DNA of 64,000 nucleotides from IMG/VR virus record IMGVR_UViG_3300043399_000877, positions 317,887 to 381,886 of that record. One strand, given 5' to 3'. The notes beneath the pieces were generated by a model that was given only the letters and a program-made list of their open reading frames with translations, did not search any database and had not been told where the DNA came from. Made by a program: the position numbers and the translations under genes. Of the stretch, positions 10,524-20,279 are shown in pieces. Position 1 is the stretch's first letter, and each line of letters starts with the position of its first letter.

Positions 10524-10855
10524 TATTTTTTAACAAAATCTCCGTTTTCATCTTCGGTCCAATCATCCTCATCTAAACCAGAATTTGCATCGGGCTCTAG
10601 TTGAGAGGCTGGGCGATCTTTTGGAGCAGGTATGGGCTCGTTAACAAGTATGTTGTTTTGATTATAGTAATCTTTTAAAATATCTTCTTTTTTTCTAATG
10701 ATTTTTCCGCCCGGGCCGAGCTCGTCACCACGTGCGTTTACACGGGCATTGCCCACTGCTGGAACCAGTTCATTTCTGGTAATCAAAAGATCTAAGTCTA
10801 CAACTTTTCCGTTTGCAGATTTATATATCTTTTTTTGAGGTTGCTTTGTTGGCAT
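10523..10855 (-). CDS. Conserved hypothetical phage protein
   Basis: AVGNARVNARGDELGPGG motif; SD and TAAATA box upstream. Confidence 0.65.
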   Translation of the reverse strand: MPTKQPQKKIYKSANGKVVDLDLLITRNELVPAVGNARVNARGDELGPGGKIIRKKEDILKDYYNQNNILVNEPIPAPKDRPASQLEPDANSGLDEDDWTEDENGDFVKK

Positions 10856-10880
10856 GTTAATCTCCTTTGCGTTATATTTA

Positions 10881-11405
10881 TTATCGCATAAATTCTTTAA
10901 AGTCTAAATTGTATTTAATGCTATCAACTCTGTGAATACCGATCAAATATAGCACATAGCTTGCAACACTTGATCCTCGACCTACTCCCCACACTATATT
11001 GTTTTCTTTCATAAAGTCGACAAGATAGATCATAAATCGTAAAAGCATTAGCATATCACGACGAGTGAACTCTGCTAGTTCGTCTATTACTCTTGCTTTT
11101 TCCTCTTCAGTGTTGCATTGTTCGAGAAGACGGTCACTGAGATTTATATTTTTATACTCTTCAGGAATAAACCATTCTTGCTGTAACTGTTTGTGTATGT
11201 ATTGAATTTCAGAATCAGAAAGATCTGACTCAGTGTACAAATTTAGATTATCAGATTCTCTTTCAAAAAGAATCTGATTGAACTTTTCAGTTTCAGAACT
11301 TTTCAATATTAATAGTTCTGTTATCTTGTCAAAGTGTCCCTGATACATTAATTGCATCAGGTCACTGCTGTCAAAAACTGAAAATCCGCACTTGTCTATA
11401 TCCAT
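10881..11405 (-). CDS. DNA polymerase III alpha (DnaE) partial-domain protein
   Basis: GVGRGSSVASYVLYLIGI...YNLDFKEF matches the DnaE GRGS motif; only 174 aa. Confidence 0.8.
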   Translation of the reverse strand: MDIDKCGFSVFDSSDLMQLMYQGHFDKITELLILKSSETEKFNQILFERESDNLNLYTESDLSDSEIQYIHKQLQQEWFIPEEYKNINLSDRLLEQCNTEEEKARVIDELAEFTRRDMLMLLRFMIYLVDFMKENNIVWGVGRGSSVASYVLYLIGIHRVDSIKYNLDFKEFMR

Positions 11406-11414
11406 ACAAGTATT

Positions 11415-11642
11415 TTAGCTTACTTTTATAAGATTGTCAAATTGACCGTTATCGTCTGAGTTATTTTTACGAGCTTCAATTCTTCTTTCTTGAAGTTCAT
11501 CTCTGTATGAATCCATCATCATAACTATCTGTTCACGCAATTCTGGATTAGCAGTCATCCAGTAATTGCGTGTTAATTGATTTAATTTGTCTTCTATCTG
11601 AGAGTCTGTTAAATTTTTTAAACTGCCGAGCAATGGATGCAT
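11415..11642 (-). CDS. Hypothetical protein
   Basis: 75-aa ORF with TAATG coupling. Confidence 0.6.
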   Translation of the reverse strand: MHPLLGSLKNLTDSQIEDKLNQLTRNYWMTANPELREQIVMMMDSYRDELQERRIEARKNNSDDNGQFDNLIKVS

Positions 11643-12202
11643 TATTGATAAGTTCCTACCAGTCTTCCAAGAACCGTCGCGCCGCCGTCGATACTCACGA
11701 ACTCAAATATACTAATAGAGCCATCATTATTGATAGTTACTGGGTTAGTAAATCCAGATCGCTTTATAACACCAACACCGGGAACGGCAAACGTAAGTGT
11801 ACGGTTTGCACCTTGCGCACTCACTTGTACGTACATTTTTGCAGCAATGCCCTTGCTGGTTACTGGCCAATCACTTAATGTAAGCGTTAGGTTGCCGTTA
11901 AGCACTGCTGCAAAATATCCACCCTGGCTCCATGGAAGTTCAGTATTACCTGAAAGGATATTTTTATTGTTTACAGTGTCACCAGATGCAATAAATCTTG
12001 CCTCATTTATAGCATTACCGTTAAAGTTGTTGCTGGCATTTAGTTTAGCAGTGTTTGATTGCAAACTGGTTATTTCGGTATTCGCTGTTTCAAGACCGGT
12101 CTTGATTATTCTAAAGTTGTCTCTAAATCCTTGGGTATCGTTATCGACCCCGGCAACTGGGTAGTTTGCGTCTATACTATTAAAAACGATATTACTGCTC
12201 AT
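11642..12202 (-). CDS. Putative virion structural protein
   Basis: YPVAGVDNDTQGFRDNF N-terminus, coiled coil and beta-rich C-terminus; lies in the structural cluster. Confidence 0.6.
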   Translation of the reverse strand: MSSNIVFNSIDANYPVAGVDNDTQGFRDNFRIIKTGLETANTEITSLQSNTAKLNASNNFNGNAINEARFIASGDTVNNKNILSGNTELPWSQGGYFAAVLNGNLTLTLSDWPVTSKGIAAKMYVQVSAQGANRTLTFAVPGVGVIKRSGFTNPVTINNDGSISIFEFVSIDGGATVLGRLVGTYQ

Positions 12203-12218
12203 ACTATTTTTCCTTTAA

Positions 12219-15200
12219 TTATGCATTGTATTTGTAATTAGCGAACATAATGTATCTTTCGCCAACATTTGAAGTCACAGTATCGACAATATATCGATCT
12301 ATGTCATAGTCTATTTTGGTAAAGTCAAATCCGCTGTTTATTATGTTTTCTAAAATCGTCTGTGATTGTCCTGGTAAAGTATAGCACAACGGTACTGCTG
12401 GCACATAAAATACTTGCTCACTTTGATCGGTTTGTTGTGTTCTCATCCACAATGGCAAAAACTGACGTCCAATTTTTCCAGATTCTGAAATTCGATCTCG
12501 CATGTGTTCTAAACTGCTCATAAAGAACTTGGTTATTGCGTTTTGACCAGCATTTACGGCATTGCTATCAACAGTAATTGTATTATCATTTATGTTTATA
12601 AATTCAAATTTTGGTATATTTCTCTTGTTGTCGATAGTCAATAGATTAGCATTCTTAACATTAAACGTGGATTTTGTTTTTCCACGCTCTGTCATCTTGG
12701 GATCTTTTAATTCAAGGTATACAACTTCATAGACGACGGTGTTTGAACCCGGTACCTTGGCAACCGCAGTCTTTATATCCCCGAGATTGAACCGCTTTCT
12801 TTTATGATTTTTTGCGATTGCTGCATGGAATTCATCCAAAGTTTTTGTTTCAATCCCAGCAAATACAAGTGTGCGCAATTCTTTTTGTAACCCAAAATTT
12901 GGATCACCTAGTCGGTAGATAAGTGCGGGATCAAATACCGACACATCATTGATAAACGTTTCAAATTCAGTTCGTTGAGCTTGACTTAACAACGGTTTCA
13001 TGTATATGTTACTATATTGTACGTCGTCTATATCGCTTACTGTTATAGTAAATTCGCGTGTCACTGCACTGAACCCAAATCTATCTCTTGCTATGGCTGT
13101 AAATTTGTAAACGCGATCGTATGTGGCAGACCCCCCGTCAAATGTGGTGGTACCGTTGTCAAAAGTAACTAATCCAGGTATTTCAGCTGAACCAAATTGA
13201 ACAACTTTTCCAGATATTTCACCATTTGATAGCAATTGCAATCCTGGCGGCAGTTTTCCGGAAATTAAATTGTATTTTAACGTTGAATCTACCAAAGTTG
13301 TTTCGGCTTTTATGTTAAGTGTACTCGGGCGATTTGCTATGATCGATCCCAAATTTGATGCAGTTAACCACTTTACTGTAGATTCTATTTCACCCAATAC
13401 TGTGAGCGTAAACGTTTTTGACGACTCAGCAGTCTCTAGTTGTGCAACATTTATTTCTTCACTAAAACTGTTTCCCTTTAATACGGCAAGGCGATATGTT
13501 TGAAGAACATTTCCAGACATAACATCGCCGTCAACCAGTTTAACTCGATCGGGTGTTGCAAGAGTGTTTACAACTACCGATGTTGAGTTGTTAGAAACAA
13601 ACAAACTTTGTATATTGCTTAGTGAACGATTTGCCGCAGTTGACGGTATCAATATTTTTATAAGAGTGGCTTGATTTGTATTATTTGAGTTATAGGTTAC
13701 TTCTGCATATGCCGCATACTGTGAAGTTTTTAATACATTTTCCAAAACTGTTTTTAAGTTTTGTCCGGGATATCCGGGCATTGTAACATATGATGATCCA
13801 CTTACTGGGGCAATTTCCCATTCTATATAAGGATACACATTTTCTATCTGGAATGGTTCTACTCCAGCCGGTCTTATAGTTCTACCAACATATGAATTTT
13901 TAGAATAGTCAGATATGGGTTCAACAAAGAAGTAATTTTGGTTTGTTGCACTTCTTTCTAACACCAAACTGTCTACATTTCTTTTTGGTAAGAGATTTGA
14001 CGTTAGTATTATTTCGTCATATAACGGATTACCTTTTATTACATTCTCCACAGTGTACAGCCGTTGTTCAATAGATATTGAACGGCCCACCAATGAGTAC
14101 AGGTCTTCTAATCCGTCATCAACGCCTTCCGGTAACTTGTATATTTTTACACTACGACCGCCAACCAGCGTATCTTCATAAAAATTTCCGGAAATAAATG
14201 CTCTATCAAGATCACTAAAATAACGTGAAGCAGTTATTGTAAATTTATATTCTCTAGATATTGCTGGCTGATAGGGAATTTTTCCAAAAAGTTCGCCTGT
14301 TTGGTTATCTAACACTAGCCCCGGCGGCACTTCGCTCGGGGACCCGTCGTCGTTAACGTCACTTACTCTATAAAATACTATACCGGATAGTGTGGGTGGA
14401 TTTATTATATCTAAAAATACAGTGGCGTAATTGTTAGCACGTCTTACTCCTAAGTTTGATGGAGTAATCCACACGGGTCTTCTGATATTTGTAGCATCAG
14501 AAGTAAAAATACCATTTCCCACCTTCATGATTGTGTTGTCGGCTTTTAGGTAATCGTCACCTACTAAGTATATTTTAAAAGTTCTTTTTACTTCAGTTAC
14601 GCCGTCGGTCGCAGTTACTATAAATTGATAATAACGATTTAACTTTCGCGGAGTAACTGCGGACACCCCAAAATCATATACTGTAAAGTCATAAAAGAAA
14701 CTGTCTATACCCTGCACACTTTTGTTTACACCAAAGTCAAGCGGGTATTTGCTAAAAGGACTTGTGTCATAACCACCATCACCAGCGTCTGTGTCTAAAG
14801 ACAATAGTGGATCTACAATTCCAACAAGACGCCCGTCTGACGTGAGCGTTATTCCCGGTGGCAATTCTCCGCTATCGCGTCCCATATAAAAAGTAATTTT
14901 TTCATTTGCCGAGAGATCTGTGTCTGAAACTGAAAGTTGAAAATCTATAGGTGAACTATCAAGTATGAAAAATTGATTGTTATCACCTACTGGAAGCAGC
15001 CCCTCCGGTGTCATCCACACCGGGGCGTCTTCGCCGTTTACAATTATAGAAAAAGTTCTATCTGCAACAGTTGTCCCGAGTTTTGCTCGTATCACAAATC
15101 TAAACTTTTTTACATTTGGAACTTCTAACGCTGTACCAACGATGCGATTGTTTTCTAAGCGCAATCCTGAAGGTAACTTACCGGATATCAGTGTTGTCGT

Positions 15201-15302
15201 TGCGTTGTTATTAGACAACGGAAGATTGATACGTTGTTTTACACGTTCTTCTATGTTAGCCAACACAGTATCGTTTTTTACGGTCCATAAGTCTGCCATC
15301 AC
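12219..15302 (-). CDS. Large baseplate/structural protein with repeated Ig-like domains
   Basis: Repeated G(K/E)LP(S/P)GL..G.I.G...Y.F.I.A units; 1027 aa. Confidence 0.7.
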   Translation of the reverse strand: MMADLWTVKNDTVLANIEERVKQRINLPLSNNNATTTLISGKLPSGLRLENNRIVGTALEVPNVKKFRFVIRAKLGTTVADRTFSIIVNGEDAPVWMTPEGLLPVGDNNQFFILDSSPIDFQLSVSDTDLSANEKITFYMGRDSGELPPGITLTSDGRLVGIVDPLLSLDTDAGDGGYDTSPFSKYPLDFGVNKSVQGIDSFFYDFTVYDFGVSAVTPRKLNRYYQFIVTATDGVTEVKRTFKIYLVGDDYLKADNTIMKVGNGIFTSDATNIRRPVWITPSNLGVRRANNYATVFLDIINPPTLSGIVFYRVSDVNDDGSPSEVPPGLVLDNQTGELFGKIPYQPAISREYKFTITASRYFSDLDRAFISGNFYEDTLVGGRSVKIYKLPEGVDDGLEDLYSLVGRSISIEQRLYTVENVIKGNPLYDEIILTSNLLPKRNVDSLVLERSATNQNYFFVEPISDYSKNSYVGRTIRPAGVEPFQIENVYPYIEWEIAPVSGSSYVTMPGYPGQNLKTVLENVLKTSQYAAYAEVTYNSNNTNQATLIKILIPSTAANRSLSNIQSLFVSNNSTSVVVNTLATPDRVKLVDGDVMSGNVLQTYRLAVLKGNSFSEEINVAQLETAESSKTFTLTVLGEIESTVKWLTASNLGSIIANRPSTLNIKAETTLVDSTLKYNLISGKLPPGLQLLSNGEISGKVVQFGSAEIPGLVTFDNGTTTFDGGSATYDRVYKFTAIARDRFGFSAVTREFTITVSDIDDVQYSNIYMKPLLSQAQRTEFETFINDVSVFDPALIYRLGDPNFGLQKELRTLVFAGIETKTLDEFHAAIAKNHKRKRFNLGDIKTAVAKVPGSNTVVYEVVYLELKDPKMTERGKTKSTFNVKNANLLTIDNKRNIPKFEFININDNTITVDSNAVNAGQNAITKFFMSSLEHMRDRISESGKIGRQFLPLWMRTQQTDQSEQVFYVPAVPLCYTLPGQSQTILENIINSGFDFTKIDYDIDRYIVDTVTSNVGERYIMFANYKYNA

Positions 15303-15308
15303 AAATCC

Positions 15309-15977
15309 TTAAATAAACGACCCAGTATCGCCCAAGTCTATAAGAACGTTGTTGGGTTCAAGTATTGTGCCCATGTTAATGTCAAATTGATTTATTATAA
15401 GATCAATAATATTTTGAATATTAACAGCAATGGGGCCTAAGTCTAAATCAAACAACCTTGACACTGTCTGATCCCACGGCACTCCGTTTATACTTAGAAC
15501 ATTTATTATGTCATTTTGATTTGCATTTAATGTTTGAGAAAGGGTTGGATTTGTTTCATTTACCAACCCTCCAGTAACAGTTATTCTGTTAGTTAATGGA
15601 TTGGCGTCGACGGTGATCCCTTCGCCACCAATCAGTGAATAAGTTGACCCTGGCACAAGAACTAGGGATCCGGTGTTGCCATTAATAAACGTACCCGGAG
15701 CATCGCTTGCTGATATCCTAATTGTATCAGCAGTTTGCTCTATGGTTATGTTGGTATTACCCGGGACAATGCTTCTAAAATTAATAGTATTCTCTACGCT
15801 GTCTTTAAATACTGTAGCACCGGGTGCTACAGTATTGCCGAACACAGAAACTTTCTCAAGTTCTAAAAATGAAAAGTTTGCGTTTATTTTTTCAAATGCA
15901 GTTCTAAGATCGTCGCCGGTTCCATCGTTTGCATAGTTACCCAAATTAATAAGAGTTACTGCCATTTTATTCTCCAA
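15309..15977 (-). CDS. Baseplate/tail-associated protein with a T4 gp9/gp10-like N-terminus
   Basis: INLGNYANDGTGDDLRTAFEKINANF; the real start is probably a few codons in, after SD GGAG. Confidence 0.7.
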   Translation of the reverse strand: MENKMAVTLINLGNYANDGTGDDLRTAFEKINANFSFLELEKVSVFGNTVAPGATVFKDSVENTINFRSIVPGNTNITIEQTADTIRISASDAPGTFINGNTGSLVLVPGSTYSLIGGEGITVDANPLTNRITVTGGLVNETNPTLSQTLNANQNDIINVLSINGVPWDQTVSRLFDLDLGPIAVNIQNIIDLIINQFDINMGTILEPNNVLIDLGDTGSFI

Positions 15978-15989
15978 TCAATATATTTA

Positions 15990-18767
15990 TCAGTAACCGT
16001 TGCCGACGACAAGCCAGCCATTTGAGTTAGATATTTCTAAATGTCCGCAGGATTTACCCAACAGTGCATCGGGCGCAGTAGTAACGTTGAGTATAAAGTT
16101 TCCGTCATCGTTGTTGGGTGCCAAGAGTTGCAAATCTGTTATCGGAATCCTTGCAGGTATAGATGCCCCATCACTGTCTATTTCTATAGAAAAGTCGTTG
16201 ACATCAGATATCTCTAACCCGAGAGTTACTTCACTGGGGACCAGGAATATATCACTGGGTATTAAAACTCGGAATGTATTGTTAGTTCTCACAACACCGG
16301 TGCCCACTCTAGTGTTTGCTCCGGACCATTTTAATAGATAGTTGTTGTATTTGCGAGCATCCACTATTGTTTTATCCTCTGGAGGATTTTGGCCAGCCCA
16401 CGCAGTTACTCCATGAATTTTTGTATTGGACCAAATGCTTTGTTGAGTTCCGGTAGTTAAAGTAAAAATAAGGCTAGTGACGTCATTTATATCGATCGGA
16501 GATCCGCCGTCTGGTCCGAGAGAGCCCAATGCCGCAGTGGTTTCAATCATCCAATATCCGCGAGCAAATGACGGAACCGTTGTTGCACTTGCACTAACCG
16601 GAACAGTAACTCCATTTACCGTAAAACCAAAAGTAATACCGTTTGTTGGCGGTTCGCCGGATCCGTATACTCGGTATGTCATGACGTTTCGGTCTATCAA
16701 TGATGCTACTCTTCGGGCATCAGCGCCAACCCAAGTTTGTGTTATGCCTGTAAAATCGTTAGAAGAACTGCCATTCAGTAATAGTTCTTTGGACCATTGC
16801 GTGTATATGCCACGCTTTGTTTCAGTTATATTTGAGATAGTTGCAGTAATAGACATACCAGACGGTTGAAGTACCCATCTGTCAGAAATGTTTATATTTG
16901 TTGTTCCAGAAGTGCTAAAGCTAGTTCCTCTTGAATTTTCCCTAAAACCAGGATTGTCTAGTATTTGCACACATTGGTTTTGGGCAGGTTTTACTAATTT
17001 TATTCCCTGACTTATGCATATTAGTTGTGAGTTTGATCCACGGCTGTCCGCCGGTCCGCTACCGGCTTTTAAGAAATGTATATACGGTGCTACGGTATCA
17101 TTTTCATTCTGTTTTAATTGTATAGAATGACAATATCCCATAGCCGACGCGGGCAAAACTGCCACGGTTGTTCTTGGTCGTCTGTCAAGGGACGTAGCAT
17201 TTAACCACACGTCATCAGCATTAACTGAAATGCAAAATAAATGATTATCCGGTAAGCTGCCAACAAACCTGTCTCGATCGGTTATCAATAAATGTAATTT
17301 TCCACCATAATATAATGAATGAACTGGATTTTCTCCTAATGGAACTTTGGTACTCTGCCATGAGGTCCAAGTGCCTATCGCTCCGTTAGTTGACTTCGAC
17401 ACGTACATTGGATACGGGGATGCTGACCCACCCACGCGAGTAAACATCATCCAACCATATCCGGGTATTTGGACTATACTTGGTTCTACTGGAACAGCGT
17501 TTAACGGCAAACCTTGACTCCCATTCAATAACTCTTCATTCCAAGTAACACCGTTGTCCTGTGTTCGTAATACAGCAGCCCCGACGCCATCATCATATGA
17601 TGCAACCATCCAATCAGATGCGTTTCCACTAAATCCCGGAATCAACTGTCCGCATACGCGATGTTTTTTTGTAAATATTGGTTGATTACCAGTTCCAGTC
17701 CCCAATTGTATTCTAGCCCAAGTGCTGCCCCAGTTATCACTGTAAACAAACCATTGCTTTCTTGGATCCGGCCCACCAGTACCGTCAGTTCCGGTAGTTA
17801 TAACTCCCCCGATTCTGTTGCTGTTCATCAAACCAAATGCAGCTGACAGTATTTTTGGATTTGATTCATCGCTGAAAATAGTTTTTCTTCCGGTTGTTGT
17901 CAGCCCAAAATCTTTAGAAACACTCCATAATATTGACGAACCTCTTGAGTAGTCCGGAGTCGATCCTACAATCTCAAACAAGTGTAGCTCATCAGATCCG
18001 GTATCAAATGCTGTACCTGCAAAAGTAAATTCGTATGGATAAGATCTTAGTGAAACTGCTTCACCAGTGAAAGGTGTTTCTGGCTTTGAAGGTGCGTAAT
18101 ATGCAACATTGTTAACTAGCCAAATACCATTGTATCCTGTAAAGTGTGTGGGTATTGCTGTTACAAGATAGGATTTTCCTTGTAAATCAATAGAGTACCC
18201 TCTAGGTACTCTATTGAAAGCACTTGTATCATTTACAATTCCGTTTCCAACGGCGCCATACGCTGCGGCCTGCCCGGTATTTGCGACACTCAAAACTTTC
18301 CATTTTGCACCATCAGCACTTGAATATGCGCCAGTACCGTCACGGACTAAATTAAAAACTTTATTTGATGAAATAACTTGTATAAAATTTACTGTAGTGG
18401 GAACTGTCGCAAGTGACAATGCGCTGAATGATGCATACGGAGTTTTGACGTATGTTAAATCGGAAAATCCTTTGTTTATTAAAAATTGAGAATCTGATAC
18501 TGTTTCACCGTAAGCTGATTCGTATATTGTTTTTAAACTGTATGGCCCAACGTTTCTACCTTCATCGGATAGCATTTTTTGAGAAACTTCTTGGTTATAT
18601 GCTATAACTCCGGTTCCCTTTAGAGTTCCAACACTAGCGTTTCCGCCTTGCCCAAAAACCGAATATAGTTCTTTAAAGTTTTCGTTTACTTTGCGAAAAC
18701 TTTCTCTAATGCTGTCTCCGGTTCCGTCGTTTCCTTCGATACCAATATTAACTTCCTGTCTAGCCAT
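15990..18767 (-). CDS. Tailspike/receptor-binding protein with a sialidase-like (BNR/Asp-box) propeller
   Basis: N-terminal NDGTGDSIRESFRKVNENF anchor; YGAVGNGIVNDT; Asp-boxes VSKDFGLT, YSDNWGSTW, RTQDNGVTW and KSTNGAIGTW. Confidence 0.75.
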   Translation of the reverse strand: MARQEVNIGIEGNDGTGDSIRESFRKVNENFKELYSVFGQGGNASVGTLKGTGVIAYNQEVSQKMLSDEGRNVGPYSLKTIYESAYGETVSDSQFLINKGFSDLTYVKTPYASFSALSLATVPTTVNFIQVISSNKVFNLVRDGTGAYSSADGAKWKVLSVANTGQAAAYGAVGNGIVNDTSAFNRVPRGYSIDLQGKSYLVTAIPTHFTGYNGIWLVNNVAYYAPSKPETPFTGEAVSLRSYPYEFTFAGTAFDTGSDELHLFEIVGSTPDYSRGSSILWSVSKDFGLTTTGRKTIFSDESNPKILSAAFGLMNSNRIGGVITTGTDGTGGPDPRKQWFVYSDNWGSTWARIQLGTGTGNQPIFTKKHRVCGQLIPGFSGNASDWMVASYDDGVGAAVLRTQDNGVTWNEELLNGSQGLPLNAVPVEPSIVQIPGYGWMMFTRVGGSASPYPMYVSKSTNGAIGTWTSWQSTKVPLGENPVHSLYYGGKLHLLITDRDRFVGSLPDNHLFCISVNADDVWLNATSLDRRPRTTVAVLPASAMGYCHSIQLKQNENDTVAPYIHFLKAGSGPADSRGSNSQLICISQGIKLVKPAQNQCVQILDNPGFRENSRGTSFSTSGTTNINISDRWVLQPSGMSITATISNITETKRGIYTQWSKELLLNGSSSNDFTGITQTWVGADARRVASLIDRNVMTYRVYGSGEPPTNGITFGFTVNGVTVPVSASATTVPSFARGYWMIETTAALGSLGPDGGSPIDINDVTSLIFTLTTGTQQSIWSNTKIHGVTAWAGQNPPEDKTIVDARKYNNYLLKWSGANTRVGTGVVRTNNTFRVLIPSDIFLVPSEVTLGLEISDVNDFSIEIDSDGASIPARIPITDLQLLAPNNDDGNFILNVTTAPDALLGKSCGHLEISNSNGWLVVGNGY

Positions 18768-18781
18768 ACTCTTACTCCGAT

Positions 18782-19138
18782 TTAAACTTGCACAAAGCGA
18801 TCCATGTCAAAATTGACACTAACACCACAACCACAACTGCTCTTTGCATTGGGGTTTCTAATTTCAAAATTACTACCTATTAAACTTTTGACATAGTCTA
18901 CTTCGGTACCGATTAAAAACATCAAACTGGATGCACCTATTACAAAGTTTCCTGACCCAGTATTCACAATAACATCATTTTTTTCAACATCTTCCGCTTT
19001 TTCAACGGTGCCCCAGTCATACTCAAATCCTGCACAGCCGCCGCCTTTTAAGTTTAAACTTATTGCATATACTCCGTGATCTTCGCAGAGTCTGTTGATT
19101 TGTGTTTTTGCTGATTCAGTCAGTTTGCAAATATCCAT
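18782..19138 (-). CDS. HesB/IscA-family Fe-S cluster assembly protein
   Basis: GGGCAGFEY and NPNAKSSCGCGVS motifs. Confidence 0.93.
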   Translation of the reverse strand: MDICKLTESAKTQINRLCEDHGVYAISLNLKGGGCAGFEYDWGTVEKAEDVEKNDVIVNTGSGNFVIGASSLMFLIGTEVDYVKSLIGSNFEIRNPNAKSSCGCGVSVNFDMDRFVQV

Positions 19139-19200
19139 TGTTGTCCCCTTCTTGATATTTAGCGTAAAATTCTACAACCTTAATGCTAATAAATAATTAT

Positions 19201-19488
19201 ATGTTTATTCGTGAAGAAAGTCAAATATTTGAATATACCAGAACCAGTAAAAATGGGAATATTCATACCTATAAACGGTCACGCCGTACAGTATTTTTTA
19301 TTTGTGACAATTGTGACAGAGAATTTTCCAGACCCAGAGAACAAATGGACCCTAAACGATTAAGCAACAATTATTTTCATGTTTGTCCGGACTGCAACTC
19401 AAAAAAATTCGCCCAACGCCGAAGCATTGAGCGAAAAAAGAGTTGGGATCTTTTGGCTAGTAGTAGTTTGCCAGTAAGTAGATTATAG
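19201..19488 (+). CDS. Hypothetical Zn-binding protein
   Basis: CDNC...CPDC; ATG at 19201 lies 5 nt after a TAAATA box. Confidence 0.6.
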   Translation: MFIREESQIFEYTRTSKNGNIHTYKRSRRTVFFICDNCDREFSRPREQMDPKRLSNNYFHVCPDCNSKKFAQRRSIERKKSWDLLASSSLPVSRL

Positions 19489-19650
19489 CTTTTTATTTTT
19501 TATTTTTATGATATAATCTGTGTTTGTGCGGGTCTGCTTTGCATCCCAGCCAAACCTCTTTGCAGAAGTTTCGTAAAACTTCTTGGGGTCCGTTGCATAG
19601 TATTTATCATAAAGCTCAAATAAAATTTTGTCTATTTCTATCCAATTCAT
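19483..19650 (-). CDS. Small hypothetical protein (55 aa)
   Basis: Manual translation MNWIEIDKILFELYDKYY...KNKKL; ATGA-coupled to the upstream ORF. Confidence 0.5.
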   Translation of the reverse strand: MNWIEIDKILFELYDKYYATDPKKFYETSAKRFGWDAKQTRTNTDYIIKIKNKKL

Positions 19651-19964
19651 GTATCAAAACGCCGATTAATACTATCTGCTATATTTTTTTGAACTAACGC
19701 TATGTTGCGTTGATCGTTACCCACACTGCGCAGTTTTTTTTCTAGTACAGATATACGAGCGTCCTGAAGTCTAATTTTTTCTTCAAGAGCTTGTACATAA
19801 CGTCTAGACGGTACTTCTCTTTCAGTACCGTCTTCACCAAGTAGTGTGTAATGATCTGATCCCTGTCCGCGCAACCCACCGGCTACACGGTTTGGATTTT
19901 TATTTGAATTTGCCGCGGGCTGTGCTGGTCGCGACGCACCATACATGCGATTTAAATAACTCAT
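19647..19964 (-). CDS. Hypothetical coiled-coil protein
   Basis: Probable start MSYLNRMY, directly after TAAATActgt. Confidence 0.6.
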   Translation of the reverse strand: MSYLNRMYGASRPAQPAANSNKNPNRVAGGLRGQGSDHYTLLGEDGTEREVPSRRYVQALEEKIRLQDARISVLEKKLRSVGNDQRNIALVQKNIADSINRRFDT

Positions 19965-19993
19965 ACAGTATTTATTTTTTTGGCAGTTTAATG

Positions 19994-20275
19994 TCAAGGT
20001 TTTAGAGATAAAATAACAAACTGCCGATCAGTCAAATAAATTGTCGTTTTTCCAATAGCATAGTCATAGCCTTCACTGCTAAACTCATATGGAACCGGAC
20101 ACTTGTAAGTGTATCTAACAGTTAGCCCGCGCCGTAAGAACATTGATTTTTTGGTCAACAAATTTTTTGCAAAGGGATTTAGAATTCGTCCTTCTTTGAC
20201 TATTTCAACTTCAGTAACGTATTCAAAAATACCATTAGGGTCGACTATAGATTGGATGGCTGATTCAATACCCAT
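19994..20275 (-). CDS. Hypothetical protein
   Basis: 93-aa ORF. Confidence 0.5.
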   Translation of the reverse strand: MGIESAIQSIVDPNGIFEYVTEVEIVKEGRILNPFAKNLLTKKSMFLRRGLTVRYTYKCPVPYEFSSEGYDYAIGKTTIYLTDRQFVILSLKP

Positions 20276-20279
20276 TGCA

